Source: a virus
Taxonomy: Duplodnaviria > Caudoviricetes
IMG/VR virus record: IMGVR_UViG_3300037114_000073
Span: 427-64,426 of that record
Strand: one strand, 5' to 3'
Length of the DNA: 64,000 nucleotides
Under the pieces are notes generated by a model. It was not told the origin of the DNA. It searched no databases and saw nothing but the letters and a program-made list of their open reading frames with translations. Position 1 is the first letter of the stretch, and each line of letters starts with the position of its first letter. Positions 29,451-39,593 of this stretch are shown here, piece after piece. Both the position numbers and the translations under genes were made by a program.

Positions 29451-29987
29451 TTATGCAGCATGTAACTCTTTCCAAGTTTTATGTACAAGAATAGGCCAAA
29501 TAGTAGCCTGGGTAAGGTTGAATTTTTCAGCTAATTCTTGTTGGGTATACTTATTAGTTACATCCAACTTACGTATCTTCCTAACCATATCCCAATTCAA
29601 TTTTGCACTCGGATTATTTTCACCATGTGTATCACGTCCTGCTGCTCCAAACTTAGCTCCATGTTTAAGAGCATGTTTTATATTCTTAATTCCAGTCTTA
29701 TATTCTAAATTCTTGTAGTAATTATTTACCTTCTTTAAATCTTTATGGTTTATCTGCAAACCTTTTGGCCGAGGTCCGATAAATGCTGCAGCAACTAATT
29801 TATGTACAAAGTAACACTTATTTTTTCCATCTACATATAATTGAACTGCAACATATCCTTTATGAGTTCGTCCAAGTTTAATCATTTTTCCGACATATGT
29901 GTTAGACCCCGGCTTAGCTCTACGTACTTTACCGTGGTCAGAGATTTCATAACTTCCATCTCCAAATTCCTTCCATATTTCTTTCAT
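29451..29987 (-). CDS. NUMOD4-HNH homing endonuclease
   Basis: EIWK..YEISDHGKVR; VHKLVAAAF..INHKD..NN..NLEY. Confidence 0.9.
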   Translation of the reverse strand: MKEIWKEFGDGSYEISDHGKVRRAKPGSNTYVGKMIKLGRTHKGYVAVQLYVDGKNKCYFVHKLVAAAFIGPRPKGLQINHKDLKKVNNYYKNLEYKTGIKNIKHALKHGAKFGAAGRDTHGENNPSAKLNWDMVRKIRKLDVTNKYTQQELAEKFNLTQATIWPILVHKTWKELHAA

Positions 29988-30021
29988 ATATAATCATCCT
30001 TTTAAAGTAACTGGTGGAGAG

Positions 30022-30531
30022 TTATTCCTCTCCACCTATTACTAGTAGTCTTGTATCATCACTATCGTCAAGCATTGGATCACCTGCTTTAACTACTCTG
30101 AAGCTCTTACTCAAATCTCCGGTATCAACTGGAGCATGATCTGCTATTATTTGAGCACAGATCTTCATAGCTTTTTCAGCAGCTTTTTCCAATTCTTCTG
30201 TTATTCCTTTTGCATTTGTACTCTTAAATTTTACTTTACCTAACTCTTGCTTTAAGACTTCCCAGTACTGGTTTTCGTTTATTTTAATATACCCAAATGG
30301 AGCACTAATACTTAACCATACCTGTTCCCCATTTGGATTAGTGCCTAGGACGGTCTTTGGTCCTGGTTTGGTTTGGCGTACGTTCCCCCATTCCCAAACT
30401 TCAGCGTAGGCAGCTGCATCACCTGTACTTGCTACTCCAGCTGTTATTTCCTGGTCGTGTTCTAACATCTCAAGCAGAAATTCATCAAGATGATCAAACA
30501 TTGCAGTCGCGTATACAGTTGGAACAGCCAT
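30022..30531 (-). CDS. HK97 gp10-like tail completion/neck protein
   Basis: APVDTGDLSKS motif; synteny. Confidence 0.65.
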   Translation of the reverse strand: MAVPTVYATAMFDHLDEFLLEMLEHDQEITAGVASTGDAAAYAEVWEWGNVRQTKPGPKTVLGTNPNGEQVWLSISAPFGYIKINENQYWEVLKQELGKVKFKSTNAKGITEELEKAAEKAMKICAQIIADHAPVDTGDLSKSFRVVKAGDPMLDDSDDTRLLVIGGEE

Positions 30532-30911
30532 TACTTTAGGATCTGGAAAATGCCGACTAGCAAATTATACGTGGCTGAATCCGAACTCGTGGTAAGCAAA
30601 CCACCAGTCGGGGCAGTCAAGCTAGCTGGCGATACCATTGAACCACCAAGAATATAATTCAACTTCATCTGTATTTCTTGGAAGCTCAACAAAACCGATT
30701 TTACCATTCCTGGCAAATCTTCAATCGGTCCAGCTGCTGCAATTGCTGCTGCGGTCGCTGTTGCGCTATATGGCTGGTTAGCAATTGCAGTCGTCATGTC
30801 TGTAAGTATCTGGGTAGAGTTACCGACATCCATCTTCATAGGGTTGGAATCAAACCATACATTCCGCTCCCCCATGTTATTGTCCACAATCATCTTAGAA
30901 AAATTACGCAT
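30531..30911 (-). CDS. Hypothetical virion-module protein
   Basis: GGAGG RBS; synteny. Confidence 0.55.
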   Translation of the reverse strand: MRNFSKMIVDNNMGERNVWFDSNPMKMDVGNSTQILTDMTTAIANQPYSATATAAAIAAAGPIEDLPGMVKSVLLSFQEIQMKLNYILGGSMVSPASLTAPTGGLLTTSSDSATYNLLVGIFQILK

Positions 30912-30921
30912 TGTATTCCTC

Positions 30922-31236
30922 CTATATCCTTGGCCTAAAGGCCTGGTTGAATTGTATTGACTGCCGTTTGAAACTATCTGTTACAGGTGAAAGATCATTT
31001 AAACTAATAGTTACTTTCTGTGTAATTCCACCTTGCTTTGGAACTGACACGTCCGCGGTATGTTCTCCGACTGCTAGAATCCTTCCAACAATAACTTCAC
31101 TCGTAGTTGGGCCTGACCTATTAGACTTCCTACGAATAATTACATCTGTATTTGGTGTAAAAACATCTTTACTAACTACAGGTGGAAGATTTAATTGTAG
31201 ACTTCCTGCTCCGTCAATCATACCTCTTAAATTCAT
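30922..31236 (-). CDS. Hypothetical virion-module protein
   Basis: GAGG RBS; synteny. Confidence 0.55.
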   Translation of the reverse strand: MNLRGMIDGAGSLQLNLPPVVSKDVFTPNTDVIIRRKSNRSGPTTSEVIVGRILAVGEHTADVSVPKQGGITQKVTISLNDLSPVTDSFKRQSIQFNQAFRPRI

Positions 31237-31248
31237 TTTACCTCCTCT

Positions 31249-31767
31249 CTAAGGCTGTAATACTTCAACTGAACCACCCTGTAATGCTATCTCATTAAAG
31301 TTTGCAGTGACGGTCCAACTTATTCTCTGTCCTGCTAATTCTCTGGGATTAATATCTACAATTGAAAACATTCTATTATCATACACAAACCCTATAACTG
31401 GAGTTTTAGTATCCCAGTTACGGAATACGTCATACGGATCTGTTATATTTGGATACTGTAGCATCATATTACTAACAAAAGTGTCACTAATAAAGAATCT
31501 TCTAGCTCCAAACTGTAATCGCCCACCACTTAGTCCAATGTCATGGCTAGATATTGCTGTTACAGCTGGTGGTGGATCAATTAATATATCTGTAAATCCT
31601 GTCATTGCGGCTGCTGTTCCAGTCGGTGCAAAACTAACTCCCACTTCTTGCCAATCACCTTCCGGTTGAAAATTCTGTGCCCGGAGGAAACATTGCAGTC
31701 CACCTCTGGTATAACGAAGCTGTCCATCCAAAACCATCTCTAACCCGGAAGCGTATAGTATTCCCAT
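31249..31767 (-). CDS. Putative head closure protein
   Basis: Size and position after the adaptor gene. Confidence 0.45.
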   Translation of the reverse strand: MGILYASGLEMVLDGQLRYTRGGLQCFLRAQNFQPEGDWQEVGVSFAPTGTAAAMTGFTDILIDPPPAVTAISSHDIGLSGGRLQFGARRFFISDTFVSNMMLQYPNITDPYDVFRNWDTKTPVIGFVYDNRMFSIVDINPRELAGQRISWTVTANFNEIALQGGSVEVLQP

Positions 31768-31774
31768 TGTTAAA

Positions 31775-32098
31775 TCAACGCGAAGGAATTGATTCCCAAG
31801 GATTCTTTCTACCTAATTCATGTAATGTAGATGGCTGACTTACATCCCGATCTGTTTTAACCGAATACGTTGGTTTCATTCCAGGTGCAAGCAATCTATT
31901 CAATTGCCCAACTTTGCGCTCTGCCTCTTCCCTTGTTTTATGTGTACTAACAACCCTGATTTTTCCGGTATCAGGATTATTTTCAATTACTTTATGCCTG
32001 CCACTTCCGGGGCCACCAGCGGAGATATCTATTCCTACTGCATTTTGTAATCCCATTTGCTCTGCTGGTTTATCTAACATCTCTCTGATAGTTGCCAT
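31775..32098 (-). CDS. Small protein with GGPGSGRH motif
   Basis: ISAGGPGSGRH; GAGGAG RBS. Confidence 0.6.
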   Translation of the reverse strand: MATIREMLDKPAEQMGLQNAVGIDISAGGPGSGRHKVIENNPDTGKIRVVSTHKTREEAERKVGQLNRLLAPGMKPTYSVKTDRDVSQPSTLHELGRKNPWESIPSR

Positions 32099-32108
32099 CT
32101 TATTCTCC

Positions 32109-32996
32109 TCAGTAAGCCATCATGGATTTATAAGGATCTAAAATTCGGTCAACTGTTGTATCAATTAAATCTGGTGAGAAAGAAATATTAGCTGTTCCGG
32201 ATGTAGTTATAGAGCGTAAACCTGTCGTACCACCACCACGTGATAAGAAATTTTTCACTAACATCGCACATGCTTGTTTAACTGCTCGTGGCATATTTAG
32301 CGGATCAAACCCGGAATCGTAACACACAACTATTTCACTGTACTGTGATAAATACAAACCTGCTGGTACCCATATCTCTCCTGTTTGGACATCAAAATCA
32401 CTCATGGTTAAATCTATAGGAGACCAATTTGGTGGGCCTCCGAAAAATCCTGCTATCATTAAAATATTAGCTCCATAAGACAGGTCTGGATAAATCTGTT
32501 GTGTACCACGTCTTCCGTAACTATATCTTCCACTTGCCCCAATGATAGGACTAATCGTAGATCCTGGAACCCCAACTATCGGTATCGTAGCTGGTTGCAC
32601 ACCTGTGTAGAAATAATTCGTGTATAAAAGATTAGTCGCTCCGACTAAAGTCTTTCCTGTAGGATTTAATGGAACATTATTTGCTGATGCTTGGAGATTA
32701 TTTACAGTACTGGTTGAAATAGCAACTAATGGTTTAAAACTTAAACGTACTATGTTCCGGTTTGGAGCTTGCATTAACAATCGTTCGAAGTATGTACTGT
32801 AGACTAATGATCCTTGACCAGTTCCATCTACTCTTCCACAGTGTACATCAATTAAACTGGATGCAGCATCTACTAAGCTTAATATTTGCGGTGTCTTATT
32901 AGCGTCGGGTAGACCGTAGGCAGTGAGTTCGTTGGGCAAAATAAATCTAGGTGTAAATGGTCCTCTTGCTGGGATCGGTAGTGGTGAGGAACTCAT
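32109..32996 (-). CDS. Head-tail adaptor with insertion
   Basis: AASSLIDVHCGR; Y.SGF..MPRAVKQAC; ILDPYK. Confidence 0.75.
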   Translation of the reverse strand: MSSSPLPIPARGPFTPRFILPNELTAYGLPDANKTPQILSLVDAASSLIDVHCGRVDGTGQGSLVYSTYFERLLMQAPNRNIVRLSFKPLVAISTSTVNNLQASANNVPLNPTGKTLVGATNLLYTNYFYTGVQPATIPIVGVPGSTISPIIGASGRYSYGRRGTQQIYPDLSYGANILMIAGFFGGPPNWSPIDLTMSDFDVQTGEIWVPAGLYLSQYSEIVVCYDSGFDPLNMPRAVKQACAMLVKNFLSRGGGTTGLRSITTSGTANISFSPDLIDTTVDRILDPYKSMMAY

Positions 32997-33463
32997 TATG
33001 CTGCCTTATTAGGATGAAATTCTAAAACTTCTGCTAAATGCTTACCATGAAACATCCATAACTTTACATCTGGATACTGTTTGTAAAAAGCTTCCATCTT
33101 TCTCTCATTTGCTTTTGTAAATCTTCCTTTTAATTCAATATAAACCCCTTGATCTGGTAAGTAAAAATCTGGTGTATAACTGACACCTTTCCAACGTCCT
33201 TTACCAACATTAAACCATCGTGGCTCGTATATCCACTCTACTTCACCCTGGTCTAACCATAATGCAAAAGCAACTTCCCATCCAGAACGCATTTCTATCT
33301 GCTTGTCATATTTACTTGGATACCAAGACTTATACTTGTTGTACTGCGGTAGTCTCCCAATTAATTTCTTTAAACTTTTAGTTATTTTAAGTCGGCCTTG
33401 GGCAAGACGTTTTTGATGCTTTTCTCCACTGTGTTTCTTCGAATTGCACATATAACATCTCAC
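32996..33463 (-). CDS. PD-(D/E)xK endonuclease (TnsA/T7 endo I-like)
   Basis: RSGWE..YEP..YTPDF..IELKG. Confidence 0.85.
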   Translation of the reverse strand: MRCYMCNSKKHSGEKHQKRLAQGRLKITKSLKKLIGRLPQYNKYKSWYPSKYDKQIEMRSGWEVAFALWLDQGEVEWIYEPRWFNVGKGRWKGVSYTPDFYLPDQGVYIELKGRFTKANERKMEAFYKQYPDVKLWMFHGKHLAEVLEFHPNKAA

Positions 33464-33488
33464 CCAAGACCTCCTTAATTACCTATAA

Positions 33489-34523
33489 TTACCTTACTGT
33501 CCAGACATGGCTGTGACAGTAGCTAGCCCCCTTCGCAACTACACTTCCAAATTTCAGAATTGTAAATTGCGCAGCGAGATTCCCTAGCAAACCGAGCTGG
33601 AATACCCTAGGCACAGGTGAAGTCAGCCAGTGATATTCTACGAACTCCTCGGATAACACGAAGCCTTCATACTGGTTGTTAGTAACTCCAGCTGAATTAA
33701 GCCCAGATGATAACAACACAGGAATAAAGGGTTCAGGTACAAGTGGTAAGAGACCAGCTTGAGTGGGAATCGCTTTAACGATTACACCTGGCTGGATCTC
33801 TGTTTCGTTAAAATATAACTGGAACGATTTTGCTTCCCGATCGATCAAGTCATTAAATAGCGGAGACGAATACCACGCACTGGGCTTGACTTCAAAGTCG
33901 GTGCGGGATACCATCTTAGCTACTTGTGTCTTGATTCCATCGACAAGAGAACCGGTTGCACTGATTTGCAGATTCTGACTATATCCTGGAGGTGCTGTGT
34001 TAGTTCCTACAATTAGAGTAGGAGCATTTAGGATCTGTCCAGAGATACCAAAGTACTGTAGAGTAGTCGGGATAATTAAATTTGTATCCGAACCAATCCA
34101 CAGTTCTTTATCATGCTCTTTCAGTACAGAATCAACTGCATCAGTAAGATCCTTAGCTTCAAGGTAAGCAAACTGTCCTTGCTGCTGGTTCACTTCCACA
34201 TCGAAAATGGAATAGTTAATCTGAGCGACTAATGCTTTCAGCGTAACTACCTGTTCGATTCTCTGTGGTTGCGTGGCTACATTTGTTATTACCCTTGGAT
34301 CTGTAGCCTGAGCGGTTGGAATTGCTATTTCTTCGAAGTATCTCGAAGGTTGTCCGGTTGCTGGTGTTTGATTAATTCGTTGACCTAACACGCCTCTTCG
34401 ACGTACTAGATCGAATATCTCGGACTGGTATTTATTTGTTTCAATAGCGCCCGGTCCGAGGAAATCAGCGGCTGCGCTGATACTACCAATTGCTTTACCA
34501 CGCCTTACGTTTCCTGCTCCCAT
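33489..34523 (-). CDS. Major capsid protein
   Basis: 344 aa after protease/scaffold gene; GGAGG RBS; HK97-like spacing of motifs. Confidence 0.8.
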   Translation of the reverse strand: MGAGNVRRGKAIGSISAAADFLGPGAIETNKYQSEIFDLVRRRGVLGQRINQTPATGQPSRYFEEIAIPTAQATDPRVITNVATQPQRIEQVVTLKALVAQINYSIFDVEVNQQQGQFAYLEAKDLTDAVDSVLKEHDKELWIGSDTNLIIPTTLQYFGISGQILNAPTLIVGTNTAPPGYSQNLQISATGSLVDGIKTQVAKMVSRTDFEVKPSAWYSSPLFNDLIDREAKSFQLYFNETEIQPGVIVKAIPTQAGLLPLVPEPFIPVLLSSGLNSAGVTNNQYEGFVLSEEFVEYHWLTSPVPRVFQLGLLGNLAAQFTILKFGSVVAKGASYCHSHVWTVR

Positions 34524-34556
34524 CTGATTGCCTCCATTTAGATTTAACTCCGGACG

Positions 34557-36194
34557 CTATGCACGTCCATAACTACGTTCTATTTTACCATCATCCAATA
34601 ATCCTTCTTGCTCTAACTGCATCTTCATTGCCATCCGTTGTTCTGGTTCAATACGAATGCCTTGGGATGCTGCAATGGCAAACATATTATCTACCAACTC
34701 TACGGACATTACTTGACCAGCTGCTTTGATTTCACCTAGGTTATATCCTGCTTTTGCTGCTAGGTTAGTCAACTCATGTGGAACTGCTGACCGACGACTT
34801 TCCAGATCAGTAAAATGTTCCAAACTGGCTTGCATAGATCCGATCTGGTTTTTGTACTTCTTCCGGTCTGCTTTGTGTTGCTCAGCCATTGCCAACATTG
34901 TCTTCTTCATCTTGCGATTAGAAGCATGTAGAGTATGTAGCTGCACTGCTGCCGCCTCCAGTCCAGGGAAAGGCTTCTTGAACTTCATTTTCTTATCTTT
35001 TCCGGAATGTATACGGCCTTTTGCTACATTCCCCTTGAAATGTTCTTTCTGCTTGGGAATACCAGTTACAGTTGTTTTATTACCCCGATTGGAGGCATCC
35101 TTATTTATTTCTCCGGGCCCTTCACTTGGATCTTCTAGTTCCAAGTCTTCCATTGCTTCTAGATCACTTGCATCACTGGCATCGGATGAATCCGAAGCGG
35201 AACCATCGGATGCAGACGGATCGGAAGCCATACCCTTTTTAAAAGGATTTCCTGCTGCTTCCATTTCTGCTTCCTCTTCTTCTTCATCATCGTCTTCGTG
35301 ACCTTTTGCATGAAGTACGACCTCATCGTCGTCATCTTCATCGTTATCTTGCGCGGCTGCTTGAATAAGATGGAGACCTTTTATCTCCTCAAATCCTTCC
35401 AATACAGTCTGGTTGGATGCTTTGATCTCATTTACTATGGGACCCAGCACCGTTTGCAGTGATCCAGTAATTGCCTGAGTAATTAGAGCAAGGTTACCTT
35501 GGTCATGATCCGACTCTCTGGCCGCGGCAACTTTCCTCTTTACATCTTTTACGTGCTTTGCCATTACCTTTTCTCCCTCTTCTCTGTCCTTTAACGCGGC
35601 CAGAGAAAGTTTATCTCTCGATGCACTGAGTGATGTATTAGTGTATGCAGCTGCGTCTTTCTTTAGAATAGTCGCACCTGTGAATACAAAGTCGGTTAAA
35701 TCCCAAACTGGTGCGTTCTCATTTTCTACCCACACCGATCCAAGCTCCATGCTTTGTCCTAATGCCTTTTGTTTCAAATCGCGTTCAGCTTCAGGAAAAT
35801 CTCTTTTCCATACAAATCCTTCTGTCCATACATCTCGACCTTCGCGCCATGCTTTTGTAATTACTCCAACCTTATGTGAAGTTTGATGCTCATCCATATC
35901 TGATGGATCATAATTAACTGCCATTCCAATTAAACCCGATAATCGCTTATCTAATATATCTTGCCTAACTAAAATTCTGTGCCCTTGGGACCCATGTGGT
36001 GGCTTATCTGATGGCTCATTTACTCGTAACAGTACCCCCTTAAACGGTAATTTATTAATATGTTTATCATTAGCTTTTACATCTGAAAATGTAATAACTG
36101 ATCCAGCATACATAGCTGTAATATGCTTAGCTATAGTACATGCGTTAGTATTTCCTCTACCACACGCACGAAGTAATGTAGATGATACTCTCAT
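34557..36194 (-). CDS. Prohead protease-scaffold fusion
   Basis: H..VGVITKA..G..W, SME, FTGATIL..AAY protease motifs, then acidic/coiled-coil scaffold. Confidence 0.8.
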   Translation of the reverse strand: MRVSSTLLRACGRGNTNACTIAKHITAMYAGSVITFSDVKANDKHINKLPFKGVLLRVNEPSDKPPHGSQGHRILVRQDILDKRLSGLIGMAVNYDPSDMDEHQTSHKVGVITKAWREGRDVWTEGFVWKRDFPEAERDLKQKALGQSMELGSVWVENENAPVWDLTDFVFTGATILKKDAAAYTNTSLSASRDKLSLAALKDREEGEKVMAKHVKDVKRKVAAARESDHDQGNLALITQAITGSLQTVLGPIVNEIKASNQTVLEGFEEIKGLHLIQAAAQDNDEDDDDEVVLHAKGHEDDDEEEEEAEMEAAGNPFKKGMASDPSASDGSASDSSDASDASDLEAMEDLELEDPSEGPGEINKDASNRGNKTTVTGIPKQKEHFKGNVAKGRIHSGKDKKMKFKKPFPGLEAAAVQLHTLHASNRKMKKTMLAMAEQHKADRKKYKNQIGSMQASLEHFTDLESRRSAVPHELTNLAAKAGYNLGEIKAAGQVMSVELVDNMFAIAASQGIRIEPEQRMAMKMQLEQEGLLDDGKIERSYGRA

Positions 36195-37063
36195 TGTATG
36201 TACTTTGTAAGCGATTTACCTATAGGATTTTCATAAATAACTACATATTCATACTTATGCATATCACAATATTTTCGTGCAGCTGGTTCTTTTTGAGGCC
36301 AATCTTTGTCTTGTGGACCTTTTAATTCAAAAATATATTTATCACCATTAGTAAATTCAACTAAGAAATCTGGATAATGTTTGTGTCTTGAGCCGTCTTT
36401 CTTATAATATTTAATTCCAAAAGGCTCACATACAAAACTTTTAACTATAGAACTACTATCGAGTATCAGTATAAATGCACGTTCCCATCCACAACGATGA
36501 TATACTCTCCCGGCTTTAATAGTGTTAATAAAACCACGATCCATATTCTTATATCCCATAGTTTGGGACATTTTCTCTCTATAAGCTGGATCATCCCATC
36601 TCTTACTAGCTGCTTTCTTTAAAGATTTAATTCTTTTAGCTCTGGAAATAGGATCTTTCCATGCTTGTTTCAAATACTCAACCATCATCTCTTTATAGTC
36701 GGGGTCTTCCCACGTTTCCTTACTTCTCTCGGAAGCTAGTTGTCTTGCTGCTTTAGTACCTCTCATCTTCTTTATTTGAACAGAACGTTTAGCATAATAT
36801 TCGGGATCATCCCAAAGTGCCTGTATCTTTGCTACCCGTTTTTCCTGGACCTCTGGGCAACGAGACTGATGATACCTTACAAACTTACCTTTTTCTTTTA
36901 CTTCTTCCCCACACTCACATTTACAATAAAAAGGACCCTCATGATCTAACTTATATTGAATACTTAACCGATTTTCAAACTTTCTACTATTATGTCCATG
37001 TACATATTTATGGGTACATTCATCGCCACAACCACAATCGCAAAAATGTATAGTATGTCTCAT
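36191..37063 (-). CDS. TnsA-like homing endonuclease
   Basis: CDCGCG/CKCECGE modules, W.DP.Y repeats, YPDFLV..ELKG. Confidence 0.8.
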   Translation of the reverse strand: MRHTIHFCDCGCGDECTHKYVHGHNSRKFENRLSIQYKLDHEGPFYCKCECGEEVKEKGKFVRYHQSRCPEVQEKRVAKIQALWDDPEYYAKRSVQIKKMRGTKAARQLASERSKETWEDPDYKEMMVEYLKQAWKDPISRAKRIKSLKKAASKRWDDPAYREKMSQTMGYKNMDRGFINTIKAGRVYHRCGWERAFILILDSSSIVKSFVCEPFGIKYYKKDGSRHKHYPDFLVEFTNGDKYIFELKGPQDKDWPQKEPAARKYCDMHKYEYVVIYENPIGKSLTKYIQ

Positions 37064-39105
37064 TGGTATGGGTTATTCTTTCCTGGTTTCAATCTCTTCT
37101 TTGGTTTCCCAGTTTTCATTGGAACATCATTAACTCTATCTTTACCTTCTTGATCTAAGAATCTACCACCACTTCTCGGATATTTTCCACGTTCTGGATT
37201 CTTTCTTATCTGCTGGTTGATCGAAGGTCCAAACACACCTCTCCGGTTTATAGTTTTTTCTGCCAAACTTTCCTGATGACTATCTTCCTGGAACTTATCA
37301 AGTTGTAGTTGTTCGTCTACTTTAGTAACTGGATCTGGTAATACCTCTTCTTCCAGTTCAGCTTGCTTCTCAGTTTGGAAGTATTCCCTAAGCTCATCTG
37401 ATATCTGATCTAAAATACCAGGTTGCTGCTGTTCCATCTGTTGTGGTAATTGCTGTCCTTGAGGAAGTATCCCAAGCTCTTGATAAAGCTGTATTGTCCC
37501 TGGGTCCATTTGAGCTATATCTTGTGCACTGAATTGCATACTTGTACTACCAATGGAACCTCCTGGGGCTCCTGTACCACCACGTCCTCCGCCTCCGCCA
37601 CCTGTCATACCACCACTACTACTTCCCATTCCTCCACCACCACCTGGACTTCCACCGGGTGCTCCCGTTGCACTACCTGTTAATTTAGCTTGTGCTTCTA
37701 CTAAGAGTAATTGTTTCTGCATCTGCGTTAGCTTGCCCCACGGTCCGGGAAGTGGTGACATGTCATTAGCTTTTCTAATCTCATCGGACGTTATAGAGTC
37801 CATCATATACAACTTCTGCTGGACTGCTACTCTTATAACTGGATCAGGATCGTCAAGGTTGCTGAATTCAAATTCTAAATCTTTCCAACCTAGATCATCA
37901 TGTATCCATTGTCTGGTAAATGCTGTCTGGAATCTTGTTGCTACTGGTACTACAGCATTCCTCCAATCAGATACTGCCATCACTTGTGCAGTTGAACGAT
38001 TGGCATTCTCTGTCATGTTTAAAGCTTGTGGAGATAAATCAAAAGCTGCGGCTATGATTTCAATAAGAAACTTCTGCCAATCTAGTAACAAATCATCTAC
38101 TGTGACTGGAGTTACATCGACTACATCTGGTTTCTTTAATCCTGCTATGAGAGAAAGTTTAGATTGACCTTCAATCTCATTCATTACATGTCGACGTACT
38201 TCTTGGATCTTAGCAGTACTTACTGTTTGCTCCCACCATAACCACGTTTTATGGATCTGATCTGATCCAGCTCTCCCTGACATTTCCTGTACGCCAAGGA
38301 ATGAGTTAACTGCATTGAATGCGACTTCAAGTCTTCCTAGACCAAATGGAGTAGCTGTACGGATATTATCTCGTATGTACATCAACTCATCTGTCAGAAA
38401 TGTAACTATACCACGCTCACCTTTTAATCCTGTCATCTGTGCATAGCGTGGTCTATCGGGAGTTGACTCCGTCCAATCGAGGAATATTCTCAGTGTAGAT
38501 GAATCTACTGCCCAAAACTTTGTTGGACGTTTCGCATATGGAGTAGCTCTATGTTCTGCTACTGCTGCTCCGTTCAACAGGAAATCTTCTACCATCTGTT
38601 CTAGAAGATCTCTAAACGATTCACCTGTGTTATTCGGACGTTTCAACGTCTCAGTTGCAATATGAATTCTTTTTTCTCGATCACCATTCTCATCGTCAGT
38701 AAAATCTTTCGTAGGCTTAATTTGCCATTTAAACGAAAGAACAGAGTTTTTGACAAGATTCATTGCACGTCTGGGAATGGGAGTTTCTGAAAATCTCCGG
38801 AGGGCGTAAGGCGTGTTCTTTAGAACTGGCTGGTTAAGGCGGTGCAAAGCTTCGGGCAGATAAGGAAAGGCCCAACTACGGCGATCAACAATATCGAATA
38901 CTTGACCACTCTGTACAGCTTGAATTTCTGAAATTTGTTTCTGTCTAACTAATGACCACTCGTTCCTAGGAGTATTCTTTAATTCCTCAGCATGTGTTAC
39001 CTCTAATACCCGTACTACTTCTCGTGTTACCAGATATTTAGAAACCCTGGCACGAAGGTCTTCCCTCCAGTGGAATAGTAAACGCCATAGCTTACGGAGG
39101 AACAT
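37060..39105 (-). CDS. Portal protein with low-complexity C-terminal extension
   Basis: L.RPN, DFLLNG, FGLGRLE, IAAAFDLSP..L, N..TA, DEIR motifs. Confidence 0.88.
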   Translation of the reverse strand: MFLRKLWRLLFHWREDLRARVSKYLVTREVVRVLEVTHAEELKNTPRNEWSLVRQKQISEIQAVQSGQVFDIVDRRSWAFPYLPEALHRLNQPVLKNTPYALRRFSETPIPRRAMNLVKNSVLSFKWQIKPTKDFTDDENGDREKRIHIATETLKRPNNTGESFRDLLEQMVEDFLLNGAAVAEHRATPYAKRPTKFWAVDSSTLRIFLDWTESTPDRPRYAQMTGLKGERGIVTFLTDELMYIRDNIRTATPFGLGRLEVAFNAVNSFLGVQEMSGRAGSDQIHKTWLWWEQTVSTAKIQEVRRHVMNEIEGQSKLSLIAGLKKPDVVDVTPVTVDDLLLDWQKFLIEIIAAAFDLSPQALNMTENANRSTAQVMAVSDWRNAVVPVATRFQTAFTRQWIHDDLGWKDLEFEFSNLDDPDPVIRVAVQQKLYMMDSITSDEIRKANDMSPLPGPWGKLTQMQKQLLLVEAQAKLTGSATGAPGGSPGGGGGMGSSSGGMTGGGGGGRGGTGAPGGSIGSTSMQFSAQDIAQMDPGTIQLYQELGILPQGQQLPQQMEQQQPGILDQISDELREYFQTEKQAELEEEVLPDPVTKVDEQLQLDKFQEDSHQESLAEKTINRRGVFGPSINQQIRKNPERGKYPRSGGRFLDQEGKDRVNDVPMKTGKPKKRLKPGKNNPYQ

Positions 39106-39113
39106 CTAGACAT

Positions 39114-39142
39114 ATACTAGTAGATATTTTCTTGTCTGTCAA
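39114..39142 (-). promoter_or_regulatory. Sigma70-like promoter for the portal/structural operon
   Basis: TTGACA-N17-TAGTAT, 8 nt before the ATG at 39105. Confidence 0.6.
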
Positions 39143-39261
39143 ATTATTAATTTTCGGAGTAGGAACTTACCTAAATATAGCTGCGGCTTATCTAAATATT
39201 CAATAAGTACTGCAATTGTATATACTAAGTGTTTTCTTGGATTTTTAGCGTTTAGACATAC

Positions 39262-39297
39262 AAAAAGCCCAGCACCACGTTTTTGTGGCACTGGGCT
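39262..39297 (-). terminator. Rho-independent terminator closing the early/accessory region
   Basis: AGCCCAGTGCCAC-loop-GTGGTGCTGGGCT-TTTT (G-U pairs work on the minus strand). Confidence 0.8.
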
Positions 39298-39593
39298 AAT
39301 TATTTAAATTAAAATCCTCTGGCTGCAAACATTCGTCTTAAAAAGTTCTGCATAAACATAAATGCTACTATTGCTCTATCTTCTTCAATCATTCGATTGT
39401 AGAACTGGACAAAGAGTTCGAAGCAATCTTCACTGTTCATTTTACCACCCTTTACAATAATCACTTTTAGACATGTCCAAACTTGAATGTCTACAAAAGT
39501 CACCATGTAATTGAAACAGTGTCCCTTGTTCAAATCCAAGGAAAAATAAAGCAGCACCCCAAACAATACATAAAATTACAATATACTTTGCAT

